Positions 38,810 through 47,982 of a stretch of DNA of 64,000 nucleotides are shown piece by piece. Below the pieces are notes generated by a model. That model searched no databases. It worked only from the letters and a program-made list of their open reading frames with translations, and had not been told where the DNA came from. The DNA lies in contig CAZRBB010000005.1 of assembly GCA_964598205.1 (NCBI GenBank), positions 5,721 to 69,720 of the forward strand. Direction: 5' to 3'. Position 1 is the first letter of the stretch. Each line of letters opens with the position of its first letter. The DNA is from an uncultured Candidatus Saccharibacteria bacterium (lineage in GTDB: Bacteria; Patescibacteriota; Minisyncoccia; CAIUEV01; JAHKAQ01). The position numbers and the translations under genes are program-made.

Positions 38810-38884
38810 TGGGCAGTACAGGGTTCGAACCTGTGGCCTTACGAGTGTGAATCGTACGCTCTAAACCAACTGAGCTAACCGCCC
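38810..38884 (-). tRNA. tRNA-Val (anticodon CAC)
   Basis: The reverse complement folds as a cloverleaf: acceptor GGGCGGT/ACTGCCC, D-arm GCTC..GAGC, anticodon stem TACGA/TCGTA with loop TTCACAC, T-arm ACAGG TTCGAAC CCTGT, and discriminator A. No CCA is encoded. Confidence 0.85.
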
Positions 38885-39000
38885 GAATAATTACGAATTA
38901 TGAATTTTGAATTTCGATTAAAATTAGAAATCTGAATTTAGAAATGATTTTTAAATTCTAATTTATAGTTTATTTCAAAATTCAAAATTCATAATTCGTA
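38885..39000. repeat. AT-rich GAATTTCGA / ATTTCAAAATTCAAAATT palindromic motif cluster
   Basis: Contains ttttgaatttcgattaaaattagaaat and ttatttcaaaattcaaaattcataattcgtaattc. It belongs to the same family as 4620-4715, 12340-12400, 18950-19035, 22640-22800 and 43840-43995. Confidence 0.7.
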
Positions 39001-39004
39001 ATTC

Positions 39005-40045
39005 TTAATCATCCTTAGTATCCTTGTTTTTAATCTGAACCTGCTCTAAATTTATTTCCTGTCTTTCTTCTTGATTTGAATCTTGTCCTTGTCCTTGTCC
39101 TTGACTCTGTTCTTGTGTCTGATTCTTATTCTTCTTTAATTCCTCACAATCGTCAAAGTATTTATAGTAGACCCGCTTAGGAATTCGCAAGTCTAAATAT
39201 TCTAAACAAACTCTGTTTTCTGGTCCAATTTCCTTAGCTAAAATTACTTTTAAGGTCTCTGACAATTGCAATAGAGGCATTTTAACATCTACCAAAAGCA
39301 GCCATCCTTCCTCCATTTTCAATTTTAACTCCGAAGCAAAAATTAAAGGAGAAAAAATATCGTTAATTTTTAATCGATTATTTTCTTCTAAATATTTTTT
39401 AACATTGCTAGCAAAATCCACATAAACAGCCGTATTAATTCCCCGGCCAGCTTCTGTAACACTTCCCGACTCGTCTCTTACTAAAACAAATCGTCCACCA
39501 TATCGTGACAAATCTGTTAGAGGGAAAACATCGATCGCCGTTCCCTCTTTGTCTAAGGCAGTACATCTTTCGTTCCCACAAAAAACAACCGTCACCGATT
39601 TTATCGTAGCAGTCACCCTTAACTTATCTGGAAACTTTCTTTCTACCTGAGCTTCATTTACATTTTTAAATTTATCTAGAATATCTTTTTTAATCGCCAC
39701 CGCTGGCACCCAAAATAAATGATCCTTACGCAAAAAAACAAACCGCTTTCCTAAAAGTTGCTTGTCTACCTCTACCTTAATAGCTGCCACATCCACTCCC
39801 TCATCTCCTTTTACAATCACCTCCTTCACCATTAAAAAAGGTGAAATAAAAATCAAATAAAAAATAAGCGAAAGAACAAAGGCAATAGAAAAATGATAAA
39901 AAAACACTGCCAAAACCAAGCGATACTTTGGCAAATTTGTTTTTTGAGTCACTAAATCAATCTTTGGTTTTCTCTTGAAAAAAGATTTTTTCCTAACAGA
40001 AGGAGTCGGTCGCCTGCGTGTTCTTTTTTTTGGTAAGAAAGCCAT
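39005..40045 (-). CDS. ftsQ: FtsQ/DivIB-like cell-division protein (POTRA domain)
   Basis: 346 aa with a basic cytoplasmic tail, one TM, and a POTRA-like region (VKEVIVKGDEGVDVAAIKVEVDKQLLGKRFVFL). The C-terminal tail is Q/E-rich. Confidence 0.55.
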   Translation of the reverse strand: MAFLPKKRTRRRPTPSVRKKSFFKRKPKIDLVTQKTNLPKYRLVLAVFFYHFSIAFVLSLIFYLIFISPFLMVKEVIVKGDEGVDVAAIKVEVDKQLLGKRFVFLRKDHLFWVPAVAIKKDILDKFKNVNEAQVERKFPDKLRVTATIKSVTVVFCGNERCTALDKEGTAIDVFPLTDLSRYGGRFVLVRDESGSVTEAGRGINTAVYVDFASNVKKYLEENNRLKINDIFSPLIFASELKLKMEEGWLLLVDVKMPLLQLSETLKVILAKEIGPENRVCLEYLDLRIPKRVYYKYFDDCEELKKNKNQTQEQSQGQGQGQDSNQEERQEINLEQVQIKNKDTKDD

Positions 40046-40057
40046 ATCAATTAACCA

Positions 40058-41374
40058 CTATTTCTTGGTTATTTTTTCCATTCCTCCTGGCAAATACTTT
40101 CTTAAAACTTCTGGAATAATCACCGAACCGTCTTTTTGTTGATAGTTTTCTAAAATGGCGATCAATGGCCGGACCGAAGGCAGCGCCGTATTGTTTAAAA
40201 GAAAAGCATATTTCTTTTCTCCATCCTTGGTAACATACTTAATATTCATGCGTCTTGCCTGCCAATCAGTAAAGTTAGTTGCCGATCCGGTTTCTCCCCA
40301 ACGATTCAAACCCGGCATCCAAGCTTCCAAATCAAAAGCCCGATATTTACCAGGAGACATATCACCAGTACAAATTTGCAATCTACGATAAGGTAGTCCC
40401 AAGTCGCGATGAATCTCTTCAGAGATCGCCACCATCTCTTCTTGAATGGCGGTAGACTTTTCCACATCCGCCGAACAAACCACCACCTGCTCTACCTTCA
40501 TAAATTCATGCACCCGATAAAGCCCCCTTGTGTCTTTTCCATAACTTCCAATTTCACTCCTATAACAAGGACTAAATCCGCAAACTCTAATTGGTAGATT
40601 TTCTTCCTTTAGGACTTCGTCAGAAAAATAAGCCAAAAGACTTGGCTCGGCCGTTCCCACTAAAAACTTTTTTTCTTTGCTCTTCTCTCCATCCGCTTCT
40701 TTATCTGAAGTTGCCACCTGATAAATCTCGTCTACTTCTCCGTCATATTCTGTCCCCTTAAAATAACCGCTGCCAAAAAGCGGAAAGCCCTTAACCAATG
40801 TCGGCGGAATCATCGGTGTATAACCCTTCTCTGCCATTTTATGAAAAGCAAACATCATTAAAGCCATAGCCAAAAGCGCCCCTTCATTTTTTAAGTAATA
40901 ACCACGGTAACCACCTACCTTGGCGCCTTTTTCAAAATCAGCTAAATCCAAATCCAAAGCAATTTTTATATGCGTCTTTACCGGAAAATCAAAAACAGGA
41001 ATTTTCCCAAAACAAGAAATCTGCTGGTTTTCGTCACAGTTTTTCCCTACGGGAGTATCCGCCGAAGGAATAGCCGGAACCCTAACCATTAATTCTTGAT
41101 AAATCTTTTCAATCTCTTTCTCCTTCTTTTCTAAAGTTACCAATTTTTCTTTAATTTCCCGACCTTCTTTAATTTCTTTTTCTTCTGGCTTTCCTTTTTT
41201 ACCGGCTTCTGCCAATTCGTTTCTTTTTTTTCGCAAACTATCAATCTCCCCTAAAATTTTTCGACGGTTATCGTCAGCCACCAAAAGTTCGTCTAAATTT
41301 AGGGTGACATTTTTATTTTCAATCGCCTTCCGCAATGCCTCTTGGTTTTCTCTAATAAATTTAATGTCTAACAT
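40058..41374 (-). CDS. serS: Serine--tRNA ligase
   Basis: 438 aa with an N-terminal coiled-coil arm and a class II catalytic core carrying motifs 1-3. Confidence 0.95.
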   Translation of the reverse strand: MLDIKFIRENQEALRKAIENKNVTLNLDELLVADDNRRKILGEIDSLRKKRNELAEAGKKGKPEEKEIKEGREIKEKLVTLEKKEKEIEKIYQELMVRVPAIPSADTPVGKNCDENQQISCFGKIPVFDFPVKTHIKIALDLDLADFEKGAKVGGYRGYYLKNEGALLAMALMMFAFHKMAEKGYTPMIPPTLVKGFPLFGSGYFKGTEYDGEVDEIYQVATSDKEADGEKSKEKKFLVGTAEPSLLAYFSDEVLKEENLPIRVCGFSPCYRSEIGSYGKDTRGLYRVHEFMKVEQVVVCSADVEKSTAIQEEMVAISEEIHRDLGLPYRRLQICTGDMSPGKYRAFDLEAWMPGLNRWGETGSATNFTDWQARRMNIKYVTKDGEKKYAFLLNNTALPSVRPLIAILENYQQKDGSVIIPEVLRKYLPGGMEKITKK

Positions 41375-41454
41375 CTCTATTTGATTACAAATTAATTTTC
41401 AATTGCGATTTTTGATTAAATTTCTCTATATTCATAGCAATAACTTAGAACCGA

Positions 41455-42375
41455 TTAAAGTTGCCAGCTGTTCATTTTAAAACGCACCACCTCTTTAATA
41501 AACTTAAAAGTAGCATTCTTAATTCTAGGCAACCGTGCCGGCTCTTTGATTAAACGGAAAAGCCATTCTAACCCTCGTTCCCTCATCCATCGTGGTGCTC
41601 TTTTTTTAGTATGTGCCAAAAAATCCAAAACCCCGCCAATTCCCACCGCCACCTTAACGCTTGGCATTCGATCCATGTTTTTAAAAATCCACTCTTCTTG
41701 CTTAGGACTACCAAGACCGACCAAGAGAATATCTGGCTGCGCCTTATTCACTGCTTCAAATAGTTTTTCCTTGCTTCCCTTCTTTACAAAACCGCCACGA
41801 CTGCCAACCACCAAACCTTTAGGGTATTTCCTCTCTAGTTCCAACTGGGCTCTTTGAGCTACTCCTTTTCCCCCACCCAAAAGATAAACCGAAAAGTTTC
41901 CTTCTTTAGTTAAATCCATTAACAAATTAACCAAGGAAGAACCGGTAACCCGCTCCGGAATTACCGATTTTATGAATTTTGGGAAAAGCGCCACCGCCGA
42001 AAGACTATAAAAAGCCTGAAACAAAGCGATCATTTTATAACGATAGATCCGCCATTTCCGTGAACGGGAAAAATTATCGTTAATCTTTAAGCTTAAATAC
42101 TTAGCCGCCCAAAGCACACCAATTCCATCGGCCAAATTCAAATCAGAAAAATTAAGAATTCGCAGAAACCGGTCATTAGTCTGTGCCTCTATTACAAATT
42201 CAGCATTAACTGTTGCTAAAAAATGTTGTTTTTTGTCTCGTAGGAAACCGTTTAGAATTCTTGCTAATTCGCTCTTTCTAAAAGAATCCACACCCACGCC
42301 CAAAATACCAATCCGATCACTACCAAGCTCACTACCAAACTCATTTTTTAAAATCGATTTTTGCCCTGTTTTCAT
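41455..42375 (-). CDS. WecB/TagA/CpsF-family glycosyltransferase
   Basis: 306 aa. ...ILGVGVDSF...LATVNAEFVIEAQTNDRFLRILNFSDLNLADGIGV... is typical of the WecG/TagA family. Confidence 0.8.
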   Translation of the reverse strand: MKTGQKSILKNEFGSELGSDRIGILGVGVDSFRKSELARILNGFLRDKKQHFLATVNAEFVIEAQTNDRFLRILNFSDLNLADGIGVLWAAKYLSLKINDNFSRSRKWRIYRYKMIALFQAFYSLSAVALFPKFIKSVIPERVTGSSLVNLLMDLTKEGNFSVYLLGGGKGVAQRAQLELERKYPKGLVVGSRGGFVKKGSKEKLFEAVNKAQPDILLVGLGSPKQEEWIFKNMDRMPSVKVAVGIGGVLDFLAHTKKRAPRWMRERGLEWLFRLIKEPARLPRIKNATFKFIKEVVRFKMNSWQL

Positions 42376-42469
42376 GGCTTCATTTTAGCTTAAACCAAGG
42401 CGAAATTCAAACCGAGCATTATTTTTGGTGGACATAAAAAACAAAAAAAGCTAGATTAAAAGCCAAATT

Positions 42470-42541
42470 GCCGAGTTCGTCTAGGGGTTAGGACGCCAGG
42501 TTCTCATCCTGGTAACACGGGTTCGAGTCCCGTACTCGGTA
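42470..42541 (+). tRNA. tRNA-Glu (anticodon CUC)
   Basis: Cloverleaf: acceptor GCCGAGT/ACTCGGT (G1-U72 wobble), anticodon stem CCAGG/CCTGG with loop TTCTCAT, T-arm ACGGG TTCGAGT CCCGT, and discriminator A. Confidence 0.85.
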
Positions 42542-42639
42542 CACTGTAAAATCCAACCAAATTGAGACTCAAAAAAGCCCCTAATTTCTCGCCAAAACAA
42601 TCGCGAAGAATCAGGGGCTTAGTTTTTATTAAAAAAGTC

Positions 42640-43827
42640 TCACCTCCGACTCTTGGCCACTAAAATTTCCAAATACGAATCAGTCGTAAAGTCTTCCGTA
42701 GAAAGACCAAGTTTTTTTAATAAGTTATCTAGCTTTTCTTTTTCCATTTCTTTTTCTTCATCTAAAAATATCTCCACAAAATAGCCTAGCTCTTGTTCTG
42801 CCAGTTCCCCTTTCCGACCAAACACTCGATCGGTAGAAAATTTTATTCCATCCAATTCAAAGACTCGCCTTTCCTTGGTAACCGTTGCCGCTCTAAACCC
42901 ATAAACATCCACAAATCGTTCTGCCGAACGCCTGCTCAGTTTAAACTTAAACGCCGCTCGCTTTTTAAAGTCCGAATCAATGGGTGGCCCTTCGTAGATA
43001 AAAAGAAAATTCTCTTTCTCCTTCCTAATTCGCAGCGTCTCCCCTGTTTCTCCAAAGTTTCCCCGAAAAGGATAGTAATAAGCGTCTGCTTGTTTTAATA
43101 ATTCAATTTCTCTTCCTCCGGCTTCTTTTATTTTCTTTGGATCTAGTTTTCGTTTAAATTTAAACTGCACTCGATACAAACCAAACTTTTCTGCTTCTTT
43201 TTTGGGATCATAATCATTTTTTACCACCCAATCGGCACTCAATCGCCCTGGCTCCACAAATTCTTGGTGCATTGGCTCCACAATTTCCGTAAAATAGCGA
43301 ATAATGTTTTCCGGACTACGACCAGTCTCACTTATGTAATGAAAAAGTCGCCGCACAATCCGACCGTGCTTTTGAGCGTCTATAAAAATCTTTAAATCAT
43401 AATTGGCAATAAATTCAGCCGAAAGCGCAAATAATCCCTCTACTAAAATCACTCGAGTCGGCGCAAACAATTCCTCACCCACTCTTTTATTAAATCTTTT
43501 GTCGTAAATCGGCTTCTTGACTGACCGCCCTTTTTTAATTTCCTCCAAGTGACGAATAAAAAGATTCAAGTCCAATGCTTTTGGACAGTCCCAATTCACC
43601 AAACCATTTTCCTTTTTTAAATCTTTTAAGTCCAAATAATAACTATCCATGGAAAGAACTGCCGCTTTTTTTCCCAACCGATTTTTTATTTCCGCACAAA
43701 AAACATTAGTCTTGCCAGAAGAAGAGCCACCCGCCACCCCAATAACAAAAGGACTTTTAAGCGATTTTTTACTTACCGCCCTAATTACGCTTTTGATTCC
43801 TTCTTTTAAGTTAAATTCTTGAGACAT
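42640..43827 (-). CDS. Fusion of a uridine-kinase-like P-loop kinase with a C-terminal CYTH (triphosphate tunnel) domain
   Basis: 395 aa. The N-terminal half has VIGVAGGSSSGKTNV and the LSMDSYYLD udk/PRK motifs. The C-terminal half, ...GGREIELLKQADAYYYPF...RFVDVYGFRAATVTKERRVFELDGIKFSTDRV..., is CYTH-like. Confidence 0.6.
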   Translation of the reverse strand: MSQEFNLKEGIKSVIRAVSKKSLKSPFVIGVAGGSSSGKTNVFCAEIKNRLGKKAAVLSMDSYYLDLKDLKKENGLVNWDCPKALDLNLFIRHLEEIKKGRSVKKPIYDKRFNKRVGEELFAPTRVILVEGLFALSAEFIANYDLKIFIDAQKHGRIVRRLFHYISETGRSPENIIRYFTEIVEPMHQEFVEPGRLSADWVVKNDYDPKKEAEKFGLYRVQFKFKRKLDPKKIKEAGGREIELLKQADAYYYPFRGNFGETGETLRIRKEKENFLFIYEGPPIDSDFKKRAAFKFKLSRRSAERFVDVYGFRAATVTKERRVFELDGIKFSTDRVFGRKGELAEQELGYFVEIFLDEEKEMEKEKLDNLLKKLGLSTEDFTTDSYLEILVAKSRR

Positions 43828-43839
43828 GGGAGATTAATT

Positions 43840-43995
43840 TCTAATTACTAGTTTTGAATTTCGAAATAAATTTTAATAGTTAATTTTAAAACAGTTCGAT
43901 TTTACTAAATGAAACTTTTCCGAAGCTTGTTTTAAAATTTAAATTTCTAATTTATTTCGAAATTCAAAATTCAAAATTCAAAATTATCCAATTCC
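43840..43995. repeat. AT-rich GAATTTCGAAAT / ATTTCGAAATTCAAAATTCAAAATTCAAAATT motif cluster
   Basis: Contains ctagttttgaatttcgaaataaatttt and ttatttcgaaattcaaaattcaaaattcaaaatt, read directly. Confidence 0.7.
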
Positions 43996-44100
43996 CTCTC
44001 TAGAATCCTAGCCTGCCTTGCTCAAAACGGCAAATTAACCTAACTTTAAGGCTAAAAAGAACCTTACCAACCACCAACCAAAACCCGAGGGAGGGCTATC

Positions 44101-44925
44101 ATGATCAAGCTAGTTGTAATGGATCTAGACGGAACCTGCTTGGTTCCAGATCCAATCATTGGTTTAGGCGGCAAGGAGGAACATTTTCCCAAATCATTAA
44201 TAAAATGTTCCAAAAAGATTAACATACCGTTCACTCTGGCCACCGGAAGAACTTTTTCCGGATTAAGTGTTCTCTTGAGCAGAGAAAACCCGCTCCATTC
44301 CAGGACGCCAATCATTACAGATAACGGTTCCAGAATGGCAAAGCACTGCGGTGAACTCCATTGGGAGAAAAAACTTTCCGAAGCAGAAATTGCAGCCACC
44401 TTGGAATCTTTCGATTCTCAAAGAAAAGGCAGTGATGCAATCCTGTTTTTCCCCCACAAGGCCGAAGGAGTTTTCTTCTCAAGAAGTAAAAAAACACTGA
44501 AAATCTGCAGACATTATGTTAAGCAATATTTAAAAGATTTTAAGGAGTTTTCTGCTTCCGCTCTTACCCAGGAGCCAGCTCAAATCATCATCCGAGGCAC
44601 CGAAAGATCGTTCCGTTTCCCGGAACACCTTAACCATTCGGGCAACGGCGGGAACAATGGCAAGCACACCTGCCATTGGCAAAACATCCAGCCGACCGGC
44701 ATTAACAAGGCGGAAAGCATTAAGCGACTACTGGAACTGACCGGTATTCTCCCCGAAGAAATGATTTTTGCCGGAGACGACACCAATGACCGAGTAGTTT
44801 TTCGGGATCCGGTCCTGGCTCCAGCCAAAAAAATCGTAGTCGGTTCCAAGCTAAGGGAGGAGTCAGCAGATATCCGCATTGACTCACCGCACCAGCTGGC
44901 CGAAGCGATTTACAAAATCGTCTAG
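44101..44925 (+). CDS. Cof-type HAD-IIB phosphatase, in a GC-enriched segment
   Basis: 274 aa. It has MDLDGT (motif I), LATGR (motif II), GINKAESI and GDDTND (motifs III/IV). The local GC content (~47%) and codon usage differ from the flanks. Several spurious opposite-strand ORFs overlap it, as is typical of higher-GC DNA. Confidence 0.75.
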   Translation: MIKLVVMDLDGTCLVPDPIIGLGGKEEHFPKSLIKCSKKINIPFTLATGRTFSGLSVLLSRENPLHSRTPIITDNGSRMAKHCGELHWEKKLSEAEIAATLESFDSQRKGSDAILFFPHKAEGVFFSRSKKTLKICRHYVKQYLKDFKEFSASALTQEPAQIIIRGTERSFRFPEHLNHSGNGGNNGKHTCHWQNIQPTGINKAESIKRLLELTGILPEEMIFAGDDTNDRVVFRDPVLAPAKKIVVGSKLREESADIRIDSPHQLAEAIYKIV

Positions 44926-45274
44926 AACCAGAACCTAAATCCAAAGACATTCCCAATTCGCTAAAAATCAATCAACCAACCCAACCTCAACCAAGAAGCG
45001 CTCTGTTCTAATTATTATCTTAGAAAAAAGCGCTTCTTTAATTTTCCCCCATTTCCCCTAATTCCTCTCCATATTCTCCTAAGAATCAAAGCCCTAATCT
45101 ACTATCCTCGCTTGGATTGCAAAAAAAACCTACAATTAAGCGTATTAATTCATGGTGCTATTTTTGAAGATAAGCCTTCGTATAGCCAGACTGCCAAGAA
45201 TAAAGAAATGTGCCAAACTCGTAAGTCCTTATTAATAGAATAAATGTTGTTCGGAATGACACTAACAGTGATTA

Positions 45275-45862
45275 ATGGCCAAAAAATCAAACAATAAACT
45301 AAAATCAGACGCCGAACTTCTTTTAATGGCTCAAAAAGACCCTGAACTTTTTGGCTCCTTAATAGAACGCTATGCTGACCCCCTAAAACGCTTCCTAAGA
45401 AGAACTTTCTTTCTTCTGCCAGAAGACCTAGAAGATATTACCCAAGAAGTTTTTGTTAAAGTTTACCAAAAAAGTAACGCTTACAATCCTTCCTTAAAAT
45501 TTTCTAGCTGGATCTACCAAATCGCCAGAAACCATGCCTTAGACTTTTTAAGAAAAAACAAAAAACGCCGCGGCGATTTTTATTTAGAAGAAAAAGATTT
45601 AACAAAAATTATCCGCTCCAGTTCTGACTCAGAAAAAGAAATTTTTATTAAAGACTGCTTTTTAAAGGTAAAAAAAATAATTAGTAACCTGGATTCTAAA
45701 TATCAGGAAATACTTATCCTCCGTTTCTTAGAAGAAAAAAACTACGAAGAAATTGCCGATATCTTAAAGAAGCCCCCAGGAACAATTGCCTCTTTGGTTG
45801 CTCGTGGCAAAAAAATACTCCAAAAAGAATTAAAAGCCCAAAACATTAACTGCCTTAATTAA
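45275..45862 (+). CDS. ECF-type sigma-70 family RNA polymerase sigma factor
   Basis: 195 aa. Region 2 reads ...ITQEVFVKVYQKSNAYNPSLKFSSWIYQIARNHALDFLRK. Region 4 reads ...EILILRFLEEKNYEEIADILKKPPGTIASLVARG. Confidence 0.85.
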   Translation: MAKKSNNKLKSDAELLLMAQKDPELFGSLIERYADPLKRFLRRTFFLLPEDLEDITQEVFVKVYQKSNAYNPSLKFSSWIYQIARNHALDFLRKNKKRRGDFYLEEKDLTKIIRSSSDSEKEIFIKDCFLKVKKIISNLDSKYQEILILRFLEEKNYEEIADILKKPPGTIASLVARGKKILQKELKAQNINCLN

Positions 45863-45866
45863 GCTC

Positions 45867-46583
45867 ATGAACAAAGAAAAAACCGCTTCCGCGGTGATCA
45901 AGAAAATCAAAGAAGAAAAAATTGCTCCCGAACCTAAGTGGAAAATAAAAACCAGGGACGGAGCAGTTTGGTTTTTGTTTTTTCTTTTTATTTTTTGGGG
46001 TGGCTTAATTTCTTCACTTCTTTTTTCCTCTGTTTCGGAAATAGAAAATGATCTCTTTTGGAACTACCATTTATTATTAGAAAATAGTATTCCCCTCTTA
46101 TGGCTTCTCTTGGCCTCTTTATTCCTAACCCTTGCCCTTATTATTTTTCAAAAAACGGCTAGGGGATACCGCTACCATTGGGAGCTAGTGCTTTTAATCT
46201 TAATCTTGGCCGCCGGAGCGCTAGCTCTAGGATTAAAATTAACCAAACCCGGAAGGAATATTGAAGGAATCTTAAACTGCCCTTATCACAAGTTCCAAGA
46301 AGGAACTAAAAAAAAGCAGTGGTCAAAACCAGAAACCGGTTTCTTAGGAGGGAAGATACAAACCATTCAACCAGAAGCTTTTATTTTAGAAGATTTTAAA
46401 GGAAATACATGGTTAGTTCCTTGCTGTTTAAATGTTCGAATCAAAGGAGGCCTAAAACTAAAAGAAAATCTGTTAATCAAAATAATCGGCCAAAGAACCA
46501 ATAATAAAGATGAATCAGAAATCTTTGAAGCAGAAGAAATCAGACCATGGCAAAGGAATGGAACTCTCTTGCAATATTTTTAA
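45867..46583 (+). CDS. Hypothetical polytopic membrane protein immediately downstream of the ECF sigma gene (possible anti-sigma)
   Basis: 238 aa with about 4 TM segments. It starts 4 nt after the sigma gene stop. No zinc-binding anti-sigma motif is recognisable. Confidence 0.35.
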   Translation: MNKEKTASAVIKKIKEEKIAPEPKWKIKTRDGAVWFLFFLFIFWGGLISSLLFSSVSEIENDLFWNYHLLLENSIPLLWLLLASLFLTLALIIFQKTARGYRYHWELVLLILILAAGALALGLKLTKPGRNIEGILNCPYHKFQEGTKKKQWSKPETGFLGGKIQTIQPEAFILEDFKGNTWLVPCCLNVRIKGGLKLKENLLIKIIGQRTNNKDESEIFEAEEIRPWQRNGTLLQYF

Positions 46584-46650
46584 GAAAGAAGCGTATTAAT
46601 AGACAGAGGAGCCTAGGAACCTCAAAAAATTTAAGCAATAATCAAAGCAA

Positions 46651-47049
46651 ATGAATCAAAGAAATAAATTAATCTTAGGAAGTATTATTGGTTTGGGAGT
46701 CGTTGCTTCCGCTTCCGCCTTCGCCCTTTCTTCTTTTAATAACGCCCAGGCAGAAACCAACGGTCCTGGCACTAGAATGGGACCCAACTATTCACCAGAA
46801 AGACACGCCCAAATGGAAGAAGCGTTTAATAACAATAACTATGCTCAGTGGAAAGAACTGCAAGGAAATCGTGGTCAAGTAAGCCAAGTAGTCAACGAAC
46901 AAAATTTTGCTCGGTTCGCCGAAGCCCATCGCTTAATGATTCAAGGTAAAACCGAAGAGGCCACTAAAATAAGAGCCGAATTGGGACTCAAGAATCAAGC
47001 AGGCGGAAGAATAAGAGATGGAGGTTGCAACTGCGCTAACCAAAAATAA
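46651..47049 (+). CDS. Small secreted protein with a C-terminal CNCANQK Cys motif
   Basis: 132 aa with a signal peptide (LILGSIIGLGVVASASAFA) and a hydrophilic body. It ends ...DGGCNCANQK. Confidence 0.4.
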   Translation: MNQRNKLILGSIIGLGVVASASAFALSSFNNAQAETNGPGTRMGPNYSPERHAQMEEAFNNNNYAQWKELQGNRGQVSQVVNEQNFARFAEAHRLMIQGKTEEATKIRAELGLKNQAGGRIRDGGCNCANQK

Positions 47050-47077
47050 ATTTTTTAGATATATCCTTTTTGTTTGG

Positions 47078-47110
47078 CACTCCCGGGTTTAAGCTCGGGA
47101 GTGTTTTTTT
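47078..47110 (+). terminator. Intrinsic terminator: GC-rich hairpin cactcccgggtttaagctcgggagtg followed by T7
   Basis: Read directly at the 3' end of the 46651..47049 gene. The hairpin overlaps the last codons of the convergent lgt gene. Confidence 0.65.
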
Positions 47111-47982
47111 ATTCCTTTTTTTTCCAACCGATTAATAAAAAACCAAAGAACCGCTCCTGTAATAATCATTAAAAAGCAAAGCAACTGCCCCAAACTCAAT
47201 TTACCCAAAAGAAAACCCAAATGCTCGTCTGGCTCTCGCCAAAACTCAATCACAAAACGAATCGTTCCATAACTAAAAAGATAAAGAGGCAATAAATAAG
47301 CTTTCGCCTTCTTCTTATTTCTTAAATTCCAAAGCAAAATAAAAATAAAAATACCTTCACCCAAGGCTTCGTAAAGTTGTGACGGATGCCGCAAAAAACT
47401 TTCTCCATCTAAAAAATAGGCATTGGGAAAATACATCCCCCAAGGTTTTTGAGTAACCCTCCCCCACAATTCACCATTAAAAAAATTGCCCATCCGCCCC
47501 CAAAAATAACCTAATGGCACGGCCGGTAAAATAAAATTAAGAGCCGAAAAAAAAGGTAAACCACTTTTTTTAGAATAAAACCAAAAAGCCAATAGACTTC
47601 CAATTAAACCGCCATGGTAACTCATTCCGTAAATCCCCCGATACCTAAATCCACCTTCCTCCCAAACAAATGGACTAAAAACGCCCAGCGGATGAGAAAA
47701 AAAACCAGATAAATCGTAGAAAAAAACATACCCTAGTCGTGCCCCTAAAATCAATCCCCCAAAAACCCAAAAAAGACTTTCTATTAATTTTTCACGATCC
47801 AAAGAAGAAGTATCTTTCCAAAAACGATACAGCACTAAAAGATAAACTGTAAAAAATCCCAAAAGATAGCCCATAAAATACCAACGCACCGTAAAAAATC
47901 CCCAGCTAAAAATCTCAGGATTAATTTTATACGGCAAGAATTGCCAAAAAGAAATCAGATTTTCCATTATGACATTAACCAT
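47089..47982 (-). CDS. lgt: Prolipoprotein diacylglyceryl transferase
   Basis: 297 aa polytopic protein with the Lgt signature GYFWGRMGNFFNGELWGR. Confidence 0.9.
   Translation of the reverse strand: MVNVIMENLISFWQFLPYKINPEIFSWGFFTVRWYFMGYLLGFFTVYLLVLYRFWKDTSSLDREKLIESLFWVFGGLILGARLGYVFFYDLSGFFSHPLGVFSPFVWEEGGFRYRGIYGMSYHGGLIGSLLAFWFYSKKSGLPFFSALNFILPAVPLGYFWGRMGNFFNGELWGRVTQKPWGMYFPNAYFLDGESFLRHPSQLYEALGEGIFIFILLWNLRNKKKAKAYLLPLYLFSYGTIRFVIEFWREPDEHLGFLLGKLSLGQLLCFLMIITGAVLWFFINRLEKKGIKKHSRA

Noticed and set aside
44064-44971. Five minus-strand ORFs (44064..44399, 44263..44457, 44315..44497, 44580..44879, 44720..44971) overlapping the Cof gene
   Set aside because: They are artefacts of the locally elevated GC content, and the Cof HAD motifs on the plus strand are unambiguous.
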